Source: Mariprofundus sp. UBA1536 (GTDB lineage: Bacteria; Pseudomonadota; Zetaproteobacteria; Mariprofundales; Mariprofundaceae). Taken from it: a DNA stretch of 64,000 nucleotides. The stretch spans positions 108,445 through 172,444 of the forward strand of contig DCPU01000016.1 of NCBI GenBank assembly GCA_002323245.1. The letters are read 5' to 3'. The translations under genes and the position numbers were made by a program. Below the pieces are notes generated by a model. The model did no database searches, was not told the DNA's origin, and worked only from the letters and a program-made list of their open reading frames with translations. Positions 35,660 through 44,399 of this stretch are shown here, piece by piece. Within the stretch, counting starts at the first letter, position 1, and each line of letters opens with the position of its first letter.

Positions 35660-36418
35660 TCAGGCAATGTTAATCCAGGCTGGGGCGTGATCGGAAGGGC
35701 GCTCTTTGCCGCGTTCTTCAGCGTGGATGCCGCCTTCAGTCACTTCAACTGCTTGGCTGACCAACAGATGGTCGATACGAATCCCCCATTTGCGTCTGTA
35801 GGCATTAGCGCGGTAGTCCCACCACGAATGCATGGGTTCATTAGGGTGCAGCTCGCGCAAGCTATCGCGTAGGCCAAAGTCGAGCAGGTCTTGATAGTGC
35901 GCGCGCTCTTGATCCGAGCACATGATTTGGCCTTCCCAACGCGAGGGGTCGTGGATATCAATGTTGGCGGGGGCGATATTGTAATCGCCCAATAAAACGA
36001 GTTTGGGGTGTTTCTCCAGCTCAGCTAACACGAACTTCTTAAGCGCGCTTAGCCACTTCATTTTGTAGCTGTATTTATCCGAACCCACTTCCTGCCCATT
36101 GGGGATATACACATCAATGATGCGCACGCCATTGATGGTGGCGGCAATGACGCGTTTTTGCGGGTCGTCCAAATCGGAGATGTCTCTATGCACATCCTGC
36201 ATGGGCATTTTGCTGATGATGGCAACGCCGTTGTAGGTTTTTTGACCAGAGAATTCGACAAAATAACCCGCAGCCTCAATTTCAGCTTGGGGGAACTTGT
36301 CATCGGTCATTTTGGTTTCTTGCAGGGCGAGCACATCGGGTTGTTCAGCGGCCAGATAAGCCAACACATGCTCAAGGCGCACATTTAATGAGTTTACATT
36401 CCAGCTAACAATTTTCAT
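35660..36418 (-). CDS. xthA: exodeoxyribonuclease III
   Basis: MKIVSWNVNSL..., LQETK, C-terminal SDHAP. 252 aa. Confidence 0.93.
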   Translation of the reverse strand: MKIVSWNVNSLNVRLEHVLAYLAAEQPDVLALQETKMTDDKFPQAEIEAAGYFVEFSGQKTYNGVAIISKMPMQDVHRDISDLDDPQKRVIAATINGVRIIDVYIPNGQEVGSDKYSYKMKWLSALKKFVLAELEKHPKLVLLGDYNIAPANIDIHDPSRWEGQIMCSDQERAHYQDLLDFGLRDSLRELHPNEPMHSWWDYRANAYRRKWGIRIDHLLVSQAVEVTEGGIHAEERGKERPSDHAPAWINIA

Positions 36419-36569
36419 GGGCTTACCTTAGGCGTGGGCGAAGTGAAATCCAATCGTTTATGGTGTCTGTGAAGCGTGCTTCCAAAAGCCATATCAAATG
36501 CGTGTGATTGTCATTACATATCCAGTGCTAGGCTCATTTATGGTGTACTTATGTAAAACGGAGGTTCTT

Positions 36570-36743
36570 ATGAATACTTTAGGTAGTCTTGCTCTAGGCG
36601 ATTTTGGCATATTGGCATTAACCATTATCGGTGGTCTGTGCTTAGCTTTGGCCATCGGTTTTTCTGTTTTTGTTTGGTATAAAGAAGCTTACACAGAAGA
36701 AGGTTTCTTAACCGACAAAGATAAAGAAAACTGGAAAGCTTAG
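36570..36743 (+). CDS. small single-TM membrane protein, function unknown
   Basis: ATG 36570 with a GGAGG RBS. Hydrophobic helix ILALTIIGGLCLALAIGFSVFVW. A hairpin and T-run follow downstream. Confidence 0.55.
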   Translation: MNTLGSLALGDFGILALTIIGGLCLALAIGFSVFVWYKEAYTEEGFLTDKDKENWKA

Positions 36744-36808
36744 AATGTTTCTCTGAGAAATAAGTGAGGCCTCTTTCTAAGGCCGCATAGTCTATTTTTT
36801 TGATTACG

Positions 36809-36847
36809 GAATGCCTGCTTTGTTATCGAAGCAGGCATTCTTTTTTT
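36809..36847 (+). terminator. rho-independent terminator (between convergent genes)
   Basis: GAATGCCTGCTT-tgttatc-gAAGCAGGCATTC followed by TTTTTTT (36841-36847). Confidence 0.75.
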
Positions 36848-37250
36848 AGGCTACCCGCCATTCAGCCAGCGATGCAAGCGCATTTCCGCCGCTGATATCT
36901 GGGGTGATACACAACTCCAACGAAGTAACACCCATCAAATTGACTTCAAAGTTCTCAGTTTCAATTGTTGAATCGGGTGCGCTGAAATTGTATTGCTGCC
37001 TAGCGATATCGTGGCACTTAGCATCATCACACCAACGCAATAAAAACTGCTGGGTACGCTGCTGATTATCTTCTTGAAAGATTAAACGGATGTGGGTTAG
37101 ATGCTGTGGGGCATCAAATAATAATCGGATGGTTTGCTCGCCAGCTTCGCCTGCGCGCCAGCTTCCGCCACCAGGGTTCAAGGCAGCCTCGAATGGAAAC
37201 GCTTCGTCTTCGGAAGTGAGCTCCACCTGTGCAATTGATTGTAAATCCAA
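36846..37250 (-). CDS. hypothetical protein (134 aa, TTG start)
   Basis: Intact ORF with unbiased composition. Possibly a beta-sandwich/galactose-binding-like protein, but that is only a guess. I recognise no motif. Confidence 0.5.
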   Translation of the reverse strand: MDLQSIAQVELTSEDEAFPFEAALNPGGGSWRAGEAGEQTIRLLFDAPQHLTHIRLIFQEDNQQRTQQFLLRWCDDAKCHDIARQQYNFSAPDSTIETENFEVNLMGVTSLELCITPDISGGNALASLAEWRVA

Positions 37251-37420
37251 CCAATGTTTTTCTCTTGTGTTTTCTTTGGTGGTTCCTGTCCGATGATACG
37301 TTTGCGCATGTGTTTCTCCTCTGACGAAGCTTTGCGATTTGGACTATAGACCTATCTTCACTATTTTACATTCTCTCTCAGTGCTTAGGTTAACGAGTAT
37401 TGATGACCTTTTGGTGGGAT

Positions 37421-37614
37421 GTTCATTTTTGGGCAGCCAAAAACGAACCAAAAAGCTGCCCTTTACAATCTGCTTGTTTCCTTCGCTGCACTATGGAAGC
37501 GGGGCGAAAAGTTTTTTCGCTTTATCCCTTCTCCCATAGCACGACTACGGCGCAGCTTGAACAAAGGGAATCCGCGTCTACTAAACTTTGCGTAACTTCG
37601 CGTACTTCGCGGTT
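37421..37614 (+). repeat. structured intergenic repeat, copy C
   Basis: 37421-37463 is identical to 274-316. The core is diverged but keeps the nested hairpin (37491-37496/37534-37539 and 37504-37510/37514-37520). Triple decamer ACTTTGCGTA ACTTCGCGTA CTTCGCGGTT at 37585-37614. Confidence 0.8.
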
Positions 37615-37638
37615 CCATTTAATGATGAAAAGAAATTT

Positions 37639-38865
37639 TTATTTGGTGATTGAAGCAAAGAAGAAGCCGTCATGTTCGTTGTTGGGTAAGAGGCGTTGCT
37701 TGGTGATGATGTTGCCAGCTTGGGCGATGACATCTTCATTTTCTGCTGCGTGGATCGAGCACACAGCATAGGTCATGGATGCGCCGGGTTTGAGTACGCG
37801 TAGGGCTTCTTGGAGCAATATGAGTTGAAGTTGGCCTGCGGCTTTGACGTCTTCGATGGTGTGTAAGAATTTGGCATCGGGGTGACGGCGAAGGGTGCCT
37901 GATGCAGAGCATGGGGCATCAAGCATGATGGCATCCACGCTGTTGTCGGCGTAAGGCAAAAAGGCGCAATCAGCTTGCAGCACTTGGGTGTTGCTGCATT
38001 GCAAGCGTTTGAGATTTTCTTCCAAGCGCGGGATGCGGCGGGGGTTGAGCTCCACGGCAGTGATGCTGGCCTTAGGAAAACGATGAGATAACAAGGCCGT
38101 TTTACCGCCTGGGGCAGCGCACAAATCGAGCAGCAGACCATCTTCTTCTTTTAAATCCACCGACAAGGTGGCCATTTGCGCAGCTTGATCCATGACCATC
38201 ACATCGCCTTCGGCAAAGCCAGGCAGCGAGGTCACCGATGTGTTGGCATTGAGCAACACAGCATAAGGCGAAAAAGAGCCCGCTTTGACTTCGAGGCCAA
38301 GGTCTTGGGCTTGCTGCATCCAAGCTTCTCTATCGCTGAACACAACCACACATAAATCGGGGCTGGTGTTGCAGGCCGACGCAATATCGCTGACCACATC
38401 GGCAGTAAAGGCATCGCGCCATAATGCATACATCCATTGCGGCAGTTCCACGCGTTGATGGGGTTTTAATTTTTGCGGAGCTTCGCTTTTGGCCACTTGG
38501 CGCAACACGGCATTGATAAAGCCAGCGGTGTGCGTTTCATAGGGTTTGATCGCAGCCACAGTTTCACCCACAGCGGCATGATCGGGGATACGCATCAAGC
38601 GCAATTGGTATGTGCCAAGCAGCAAGGCCAGGCGCGAATAATCGCTGGGTTTTTGTTTTACAAAGCGGCTGAAATCAGCTTCCAAAGCAAAATAATTGCG
38701 CAACACCCCATACACCATTTCGCGCAACAAACCGATATCACGAGGCTCCCATGATTGCGAGGAGGTGGTATGTACAATAGCGGCTTTGGCTTTGTTCTTT
38801 TTAATCAACACCTCAAACAAAACAGCTAAGGCAACAATGCGCACGCGGGCGTTAGAAATGCTCAT
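37639..38865 (-). CDS. rsmB: 16S rRNA (cytosine967-C5)-methyltransferase
   Basis: NusB-like N-terminus, SAM motif DLCAAPGGKT, catalytic DAPCSASG. Confidence 0.9.
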   Translation of the reverse strand: MSISNARVRIVALAVLFEVLIKKNKAKAAIVHTTSSQSWEPRDIGLLREMVYGVLRNYFALEADFSRFVKQKPSDYSRLALLLGTYQLRLMRIPDHAAVGETVAAIKPYETHTAGFINAVLRQVAKSEAPQKLKPHQRVELPQWMYALWRDAFTADVVSDIASACNTSPDLCVVVFSDREAWMQQAQDLGLEVKAGSFSPYAVLLNANTSVTSLPGFAEGDVMVMDQAAQMATLSVDLKEEDGLLLDLCAAPGGKTALLSHRFPKASITAVELNPRRIPRLEENLKRLQCSNTQVLQADCAFLPYADNSVDAIMLDAPCSASGTLRRHPDAKFLHTIEDVKAAGQLQLILLQEALRVLKPGASMTYAVCSIHAAENEDVIAQAGNIITKQRLLPNNEHDGFFFASITK

Positions 38866-39800
38866 GATTCTTGGTCTACCTTTTTATGTGAGCGCGGGTG
38901 GGCGTCGTTATATGTTTGTTGCAGCTGCGGCAGGGTGATATGGGTGTAGTGCTCAGTCGTGGCCAATGAGGCATGGCCGAGTAGGGTTTGGATGCTGCGT
39001 AGGTTGGCGCCGCCAGCGAGCATATCCGTGGCAAAGGAATGGCGTAGCCTATGGGGAGTGACGCTGCTATCGGCACCTGTTTCCAAGGCTCTGTCTTTAA
39101 GCATGCGTTGCACGCTGCGCACGCTTAAGCGCTGGCCAAAGCGATTGAGAAACAAAGCCTGATTGGTGGGTTTTAATTGCAAACGCGCTTGCAGCCATTC
39201 CAGAATCAAATCCACAGCCAGTTCGGGCAACGGCACGATGCGTTCTTTATTGCCTTTGCCCAACACTTTGACTTCACCCTGCTTGCTGCGGCGATTGATG
39301 GTGAGGTCAGTAAGGTTCACACCTACCACTTCTGAGACACGTAAGCCGCAGCCATAAAGCAGCGCCATCAGCGCCAATTCGCGTTCATCAAAGGTGCGGT
39401 TGGTGGTTTCAAGCAGTTGTTGGGTTTGATGCGGCGGCAAAGTTTTGGGCAGACGTTTGCCCAGCTTGGGGGCGCGGATACCTATGGCAGGGTTGTCGGT
39501 GGTCAGTTTCTGGCGCAGGGCATAAGCGCATAAACCTTTGATGGCCGATAAGCGGCGGGCAAGGGTGGAAGGGGCTAAACCTTGGCTGTGACCAGCGACC
39601 AACCAGTCTTGGATGGTGTGACGCTCAATGTCAGCAAGCAGAAGTTTGCCTTCTTCTTTTTGAAACTTGCTAGCCAGAAATTCGGAGAAGCGTTGCAAGT
39701 CGCGTTGGTAATTGCTGGTGGTGTGGCTGGATGCCAAACGCACATGCACCAATTCCGCGAGAAAGTCGGTGCAGGTTTGAGAAAATAATGAGTTGGCCAA
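38862..39800 (-). CDS. xerC: tyrosine recombinase XerC
   Basis: R..HxxR..Y catalytic set (LRHSFAT, LGHASLATTEHYTHI). C-terminus YNDAHPRS resembles E. coli XerC. Preceded by a DUF484 gene, as in the yigA-xerC arrangement. Confidence 0.85.
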   Translation of the reverse strand: MANSLFSQTCTDFLAELVHVRLASSHTTSNYQRDLQRFSEFLASKFQKEEGKLLLADIERHTIQDWLVAGHSQGLAPSTLARRLSAIKGLCAYALRQKLTTDNPAIGIRAPKLGKRLPKTLPPHQTQQLLETTNRTFDERELALMALLYGCGLRVSEVVGVNLTDLTINRRSKQGEVKVLGKGNKERIVPLPELAVDLILEWLQARLQLKPTNQALFLNRFGQRLSVRSVQRMLKDRALETGADSSVTPHRLRHSFATDMLAGGANLRSIQTLLGHASLATTEHYTHITLPQLQQTYNDAHPRSHKKVDQES

Positions 39801-39805
39801 GGCGT

Positions 39806-40921
39806 TTAATCCTTGGCTGCGATTTCGATGCGGTTGCCACCCAAGGCTTTAGCGATATACATGCCTTTATCGGCCTTGGCGATGAGGGTGTTGAGGGTGA
39901 TGTCTTCCGTAGGTGCGGAGCAAGCCAGCCCTACACTGATGCGAATTTGCTCATTGTTGCACACCAAACCATTCACATCATTGAGGATGTTGGTGGCAAT
40001 TTCTTGGGCTTTATCGGTATTACAACCCGAAAGCAATAAAGAAAACTCATCACCACCCATGCGAATGAGTGGGTCTTGGGTGCGCACATGACGGCGAATA
40101 GCGTCGCAGAGCTGGTTTAATGCTTCATCACCAGCTTGGTGGCCAAGGCGATCATTGATGCCCTTAAAATCATCCAAATCAAAATAAAGGGCGGCAACGC
40201 TAACGTCTTTGCCAAACCAACGCGAAAGCGGTTGATGGCTGTAGGGTTGCAGGAAACGGCGATTATGTGAGCCAGTGAGCGCATCGGTAATGGCTAGGCG
40301 CGCCAAGCGCTCACGCGATACGGCATGCTCCAAGCTCAAGCCAATCACTTGGGCGAGATGTTGCAAAAAGTCGGTGCCCTGCTCGGGGGAAAACCTTGCT
40401 GCATCGGCAGCACCTAAGCCTAAAATGCCAAATGGATTTTCGGCGCTACCCAAGCGAAGAAGGGCTAAAGAGCCTAATGATTTATCAGTCTCTTCCAGCC
40501 AAGGGAAACCATCTTTTTCCACTTGAATCAAATACACATCACGTTTGGCTAGGCCAACATGTTCAATTTCACCCGCTTCTATCCACACCAAATCATGGCT
40601 GGATAAAGCGTTCATCGGCGATGTGCCGATAATGCTGTCGCGGCACAACCAAAAGCGCACCAAATCCAGTGAAAACTGGCTGCGTAGCTCACGCAACAGT
40701 GTGAAGCACATATCTTCTGGGTCACCCGCTGCCAACACAGCAGCTTCAAGCTGAAACAGGCGACCAAACAACTCATCATTGGTATGCAATCGCTGCATCA
40801 TGGTGGCCACATAAGCGCGAAGTTGGGTGTTTTCTTGCGCCAGCGCTTGCATGCGGCGTTCGGTAAAGTCCAAGGTGTTATCTTCTTTGTTTTCTTCGCT
40901 GGTCACGGGCGAATCGCTCAT
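39806..40921 (-). CDS. DUF484(YigA-like, GAF-fold) - GGDEF diguanylate cyclase fusion
   Basis: The N-terminal 200 aa are collinear with E. coli YigA (e.g. GSLALLRLGSAENPFGILGLGAADAARFSPEQGTDFLQHLAQVIGLSLE). The C-terminal domain has RMGGDEFSLLL and an I-site-like RHVR upstream. Confidence 0.8.
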   Translation of the reverse strand: MSDSPVTSEENKEDNTLDFTERRMQALAQENTQLRAYVATMMQRLHTNDELFGRLFQLEAAVLAAGDPEDMCFTLLRELRSQFSLDLVRFWLCRDSIIGTSPMNALSSHDLVWIEAGEIEHVGLAKRDVYLIQVEKDGFPWLEETDKSLGSLALLRLGSAENPFGILGLGAADAARFSPEQGTDFLQHLAQVIGLSLEHAVSRERLARLAITDALTGSHNRRFLQPYSHQPLSRWFGKDVSVAALYFDLDDFKGINDRLGHQAGDEALNQLCDAIRRHVRTQDPLIRMGGDEFSLLLSGCNTDKAQEIATNILNDVNGLVCNNEQIRISVGLACSAPTEDITLNTLIAKADKGMYIAKALGGNRIEIAAKD

Positions 40922-42192
40922 AACTCCACCTTTTCTTCAATCAGGATTTTCCATGGTGCGTCTTGATCTGGTCGCGCCAAATACAAGCGTTTGCGTTCGG
41001 CATCTTTGTAATTATTGGATTGATAATGCTGGATAAATTCAGCCACCACCACTTCGCCTTCTGCCCATGGGGTGGGGTCGTGCAATAGGGTTAAGCGCGA
41101 GAACGCAACGCGGATAAATTCCTTGCTGCCGTTCACTTTGGTTTTGTATTTTTTCCAAGCTTTTAAATCATATTGACCAGAGCGAAATTTATGATGGTAA
41201 TGGCTTAAGTAGGCCTCTGTATCCAGCGATTGCCAGTCTTGTTGCCAAGCGACCAATGATTTTTCGAGCGAAGCCAGCAAATCTTTTTGCGCCTCCCGCT
41301 CACCAAAGGCGATGTGTTCGCTAATCACCACCCAAGTTTTACCCGGAATCACAAATGGCTCCATTTTCTGCAGTTGGGCATTGGGCAGGGCAAAGCAGCC
41401 GCGGGTATCTTGGGGTGGGCGACGGCTAACATCTTCGGGATAACCATGCATCCAAATGCCATTGCCATTTTTGCCGTGTAATGCGTCCAATGCATTGGGG
41501 TAATCGATAGGGAAGACCACGGGGCCATATTTGGAGTAAAGTTTTGCATCATGGCGTACATCGGTGAATCTGTAGATGCCATTGGGCGTGCGCGCATCAC
41601 CGCGCTGCTTTTTATCGCCACCTTTGGCGCCAGTAACCACATATTCATCAGCCACACGCTGCCATTGGTTCTCAGCATCGCGTTGATATACAAACAAACG
41701 CGAGCGACCTTTATCCACCAAAAACACGCTGGATACATCAGCACTTAAAAACAATAAATCCAAGGGGAAGCCCGTGACACCATCCACTTTATCGGCAAAA
41801 GCTTGCAAACGAACATCGGCTTCGGAAAGGTCGCTGCTCAAATCAATTTGCGCCAATTGTAATTCGGATTGTTTGTTGTTTTTGCCGTAATCACCTGCCG
41901 AGCTCACAGCTTGCAAGGCAGCGCGGCGATAGGCTTCAGCTTTCAATAAACTGGCCAATGGGTCTTGATTGTTTTCGGCGGTTTCCAGCATGGCCAAGGC
42001 TTTGGAAAAATCATTTTGTTTGAGGGCAAGGGTGGCGCCAAGGATGCTGCGTTCGTTGGCATTTTGCAGGTTGTCAGAATCGCTTTCCAAAGCTTTCCAT
42101 AAACGGTCTTCCAAACCGTTTTTCAGCTGAAATTCTTCAGCAAAAGCTTGGCCGCTCATGCAGCAAAGCACGAAAAAAATGATTTTGAGCAT
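40918..42192 (-). CDS. L,D-transpeptidase (YkuD) with C-terminal NTF2/SnoaL-like domain
   Basis: Signal peptide. YkuD motifs GIWMHGYP and TRGCFALPN. The C-terminal about 110 aa are paralogous to the C-terminus of the upstream TPR protein. Confidence 0.82.
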   Translation of the reverse strand: MLKIIFFVLCCMSGQAFAEEFQLKNGLEDRLWKALESDSDNLQNANERSILGATLALKQNDFSKALAMLETAENNQDPLASLLKAEAYRRAALQAVSSAGDYGKNNKQSELQLAQIDLSSDLSEADVRLQAFADKVDGVTGFPLDLLFLSADVSSVFLVDKGRSRLFVYQRDAENQWQRVADEYVVTGAKGGDKKQRGDARTPNGIYRFTDVRHDAKLYSKYGPVVFPIDYPNALDALHGKNGNGIWMHGYPEDVSRRPPQDTRGCFALPNAQLQKMEPFVIPGKTWVVISEHIAFGEREAQKDLLASLEKSLVAWQQDWQSLDTEAYLSHYHHKFRSGQYDLKAWKKYKTKVNGSKEFIRVAFSRLTLLHDPTPWAEGEVVVAEFIQHYQSNNYKDAERKRLYLARPDQDAPWKILIEEKVEL

Positions 42193-43250
42193 CAGATGCT
42201 TTCCTCAGCAAAAATCTTCCAACCATCGCGGCCAAATTTCATGGTGATTTTTTTCTTGGACTCGTTGTTGTAATTGTTGGAGCGGAAATCCTGCATGGCG
42301 GTGACGGTTGCAAACACGCTATTGTCGGCCATATCAACATGCACATCGTTAAATTTGATGCGGATATACGATTTACTGCGAATGACGCGGGTTTTGTATG
42401 CTTTCCATGCCTCTCTAGAGGCAAAGCGTGATTCAGGCTGATAGGCCACATCGTAGGCATCAAAATACGCATCCACATTTTGCGCTGACCATGCAGCGCG
42501 CCATGCTTCTAGGGCGTCCAACACACCAGCAATAGTGCGGCCCTCTTCAGGCATGGCTGGCAGCGGGGTATCAGCTGTTGGCGTAACAACTGGGGTTGCT
42601 TCGGGTGCTGCGGTGGCCGGTGAGTCCACTTGGCTAGTTTCAAGCGCAGCAACCACCACAGGCTCAGCAACGGGCGTGATAGGATTATTTTCAGGTGCTT
42701 TGTCTTGATCAGAAGGCATGGGGTTGCGCACATTGAGCAATCGATTATAGCGTTGTTCTACCCTTGGGTTTTCCACTTGATCCAAGGTGTTGCGATAATG
42801 CTGCAAGGCGAGTTTCACATACAAATCAGCCAAATTTTCTTCAGCGACCACATAGTTGGGGCGTTTCTTCAAAGCTTCTTCGAGTTCGTTCACCGCCGCT
42901 TTAGGGTCGCCCAAGGCATTGTACACCGCAGCTAAATTATTGTGCGGCTCAGCCAGTGTCGGGCGCAGTTCAATCACATGACGAAAAGCCTCGATAGCTT
43001 GGTGAAATTGTTGCTCATGCACATGGGCAACACCATACATAAACCAAGCTTCGTAGTTGTCTTGCTCGGTTTTGACCAGCGGGTCTAGTTTGGCTAAGGC
43101 GGCGGTGTATTTACCTGCGGCCATGTCCTCTTTGACTTGGGTCAAAGCATCACTATCAGCGGCTTGGCTGACATGGGTTATGGTCACAAAAGATGCCAAC
43201 ATGAGCGGCAGGATGAGCAATAGGATTCGGTTGGTTTTGGCTTTCATCAT
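42192..43250 (-). CDS. secreted TPR-repeat protein with C-terminal NTF2/SnoaL-like domain
   Basis: ATG 43250/43247 gives the signal peptide MMKAKTNRILLLILPLMLASF. TPR repeats (YEAWFMYGVAHV.., AEPHNNLAAVYNALGD). The longer ORF would overlap folA. Confidence 0.78.
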   Translation of the reverse strand: MMKAKTNRILLLILPLMLASFVTITHVSQAADSDALTQVKEDMAAGKYTAALAKLDPLVKTEQDNYEAWFMYGVAHVHEQQFHQAIEAFRHVIELRPTLAEPHNNLAAVYNALGDPKAAVNELEEALKKRPNYVVAEENLADLYVKLALQHYRNTLDQVENPRVEQRYNRLLNVRNPMPSDQDKAPENNPITPVAEPVVVAALETSQVDSPATAAPEATPVVTPTADTPLPAMPEEGRTIAGVLDALEAWRAAWSAQNVDAYFDAYDVAYQPESRFASREAWKAYKTRVIRSKSYIRIKFNDVHVDMADNSVFATVTAMQDFRSNNYNNESKKKITMKFGRDGWKIFAEESI

Positions 43251-43272
43251 AGGTTCTCTTGGTGTGCTTTTT

Positions 43273-43761
43273 TTAAGCTGTTGTCTTGCGCTCATAAATA
43301 TCGAAATGATACGCACAGCTGTTTTTTTCATCGGGTTGGTGAGATTCGTGATGGGCAGGTTGCCAGGCTGATAAATCAATGGCTGGAAACCAAGCGTCAC
43401 CCTTAAACTCTGCTTCTAAGGTGGTGCAATATAAGCGTTGGGCAAAGGGAAGTGCCAAGGCATAAATTTCTGCACCGCCAATCACCATCAGTTCTTCATC
43501 TTGGTGGGTGTTCAGGGCTTGCTCAATGCTGTGCACCACTTCGCAGCCATCAATCTGCAAATCGGCTTGGCGGCTGAGCACAATATTTTTGCGTTTGGGC
43601 AGGGGTTTACCCAAGGAATCGAAAGTCTTGCGACCCATCAAAATGCTTTTGCCTAGGGTATGCTGGCGAAACCAAGCCATGTCAGCAGGCAAATGCCATG
43701 GCATTTGATTGTTAGCGCCAATTAAGCGCTGCTTATCCATAGCCCAAATCAACGAAATCAT
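43273..43761 (-). CDS. folA: dihydrofolate reductase
   Basis: MISLIWAMD....IG....MPWHLPADMAWFRQHTLGK.ILMGRKTFDSLG. Confidence 0.93.
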   Translation of the reverse strand: MISLIWAMDKQRLIGANNQMPWHLPADMAWFRQHTLGKSILMGRKTFDSLGKPLPKRKNIVLSRQADLQIDGCEVVHSIEQALNTHQDEELMVIGGAEIYALALPFAQRLYCTTLEAEFKGDAWFPAIDLSAWQPAHHESHQPDEKNSCAYHFDIYERKTTA

Positions 43762-43862
43762 CTGTTTAACTATCCCCATCTTTGCTTCTTAGCAGAAGCG
43801 CAATATAAGCATATGTCGCATAAAAAAACAGTTCGGTCTTGACGCGCCTTGGCTTGAAAGGA

Positions 43863-44393
43863 TTACCAGGCCACCGATAGCTGAGCGCCATACCCTGATT
43901 GGCTGGCTTTGGGTTGCATGCTGATGCCGTTGTAGGGGTCGCTAAAATAAAAGGCACTGAGGCTGCCAATTAAGGCACCAGCGAACACATCGCTGTTGTA
44001 ATGTTTGTTAGATTCAACGCGGCTGTAACCGACAAAAGCCGCGCCAATATAAGCAGGAATTGCATAACTCAGCCCAAAGCGTGCATGGATAAAAGCCGCG
44101 CCTTGAAAGGCTGCGGAAGTATGGCCTGAAGGGAAGGATTGGCTTCCGCCATTGGGGCGTTCTCGATTGATGCTATACTTGAGAACTTGGGTGATGACAA
44201 CAGTGCTAGCAAAGGATTGCAGGAATTGATCGCGGCCTTGGTCATCATCCAAATAAAGCGTGGCGCCGAAACCAATACTTGGAATCAGCACCTGCAAGAT
44301 ATCGCCTGCCACCTCAACATCGCTGGCTGCTTGCGCAGTTTGGGCAGGGAGCCAACAACCCACAAGCAGCAGTGCGATGATGGCTTGGCGCAT
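43863..44393 (-). CDS. PAP2-family phosphatase
   Basis: Signal peptide. Motifs KYSINRERP, PSGHTSAAF, SRVESNKHYNSDV. Confidence 0.85.
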   Translation of the reverse strand: MRQAIIALLLVGCWLPAQTAQAASDVEVAGDILQVLIPSIGFGATLYLDDDQGRDQFLQSFASTVVITQVLKYSINRERPNGGSQSFPSGHTSAAFQGAAFIHARFGLSYAIPAYIGAAFVGYSRVESNKHYNSDVFAGALIGSLSAFYFSDPYNGISMQPKASQSGYGAQLSVAW

Positions 44394-44399
44394 GTTGTT

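Noticed and set aside
37400-37771. 123-aa ORF spanning repeat copy C and the 3' end of rsmB (antisense)
   Set aside because: It crosses a non-coding repeat and then overlaps rsmB on the opposite strand. Its frame differs from the short frame shared by the repeat copies. No RBS.
38862-39800. Tyrosine recombinase as a marker of an integrated mobile element
   Set aside because: It is XerC-like in sequence and in context (DUF484 gene upstream, ATGA-coupled to rsmB). There are no phage or ICE genes or att-like repeats nearby.
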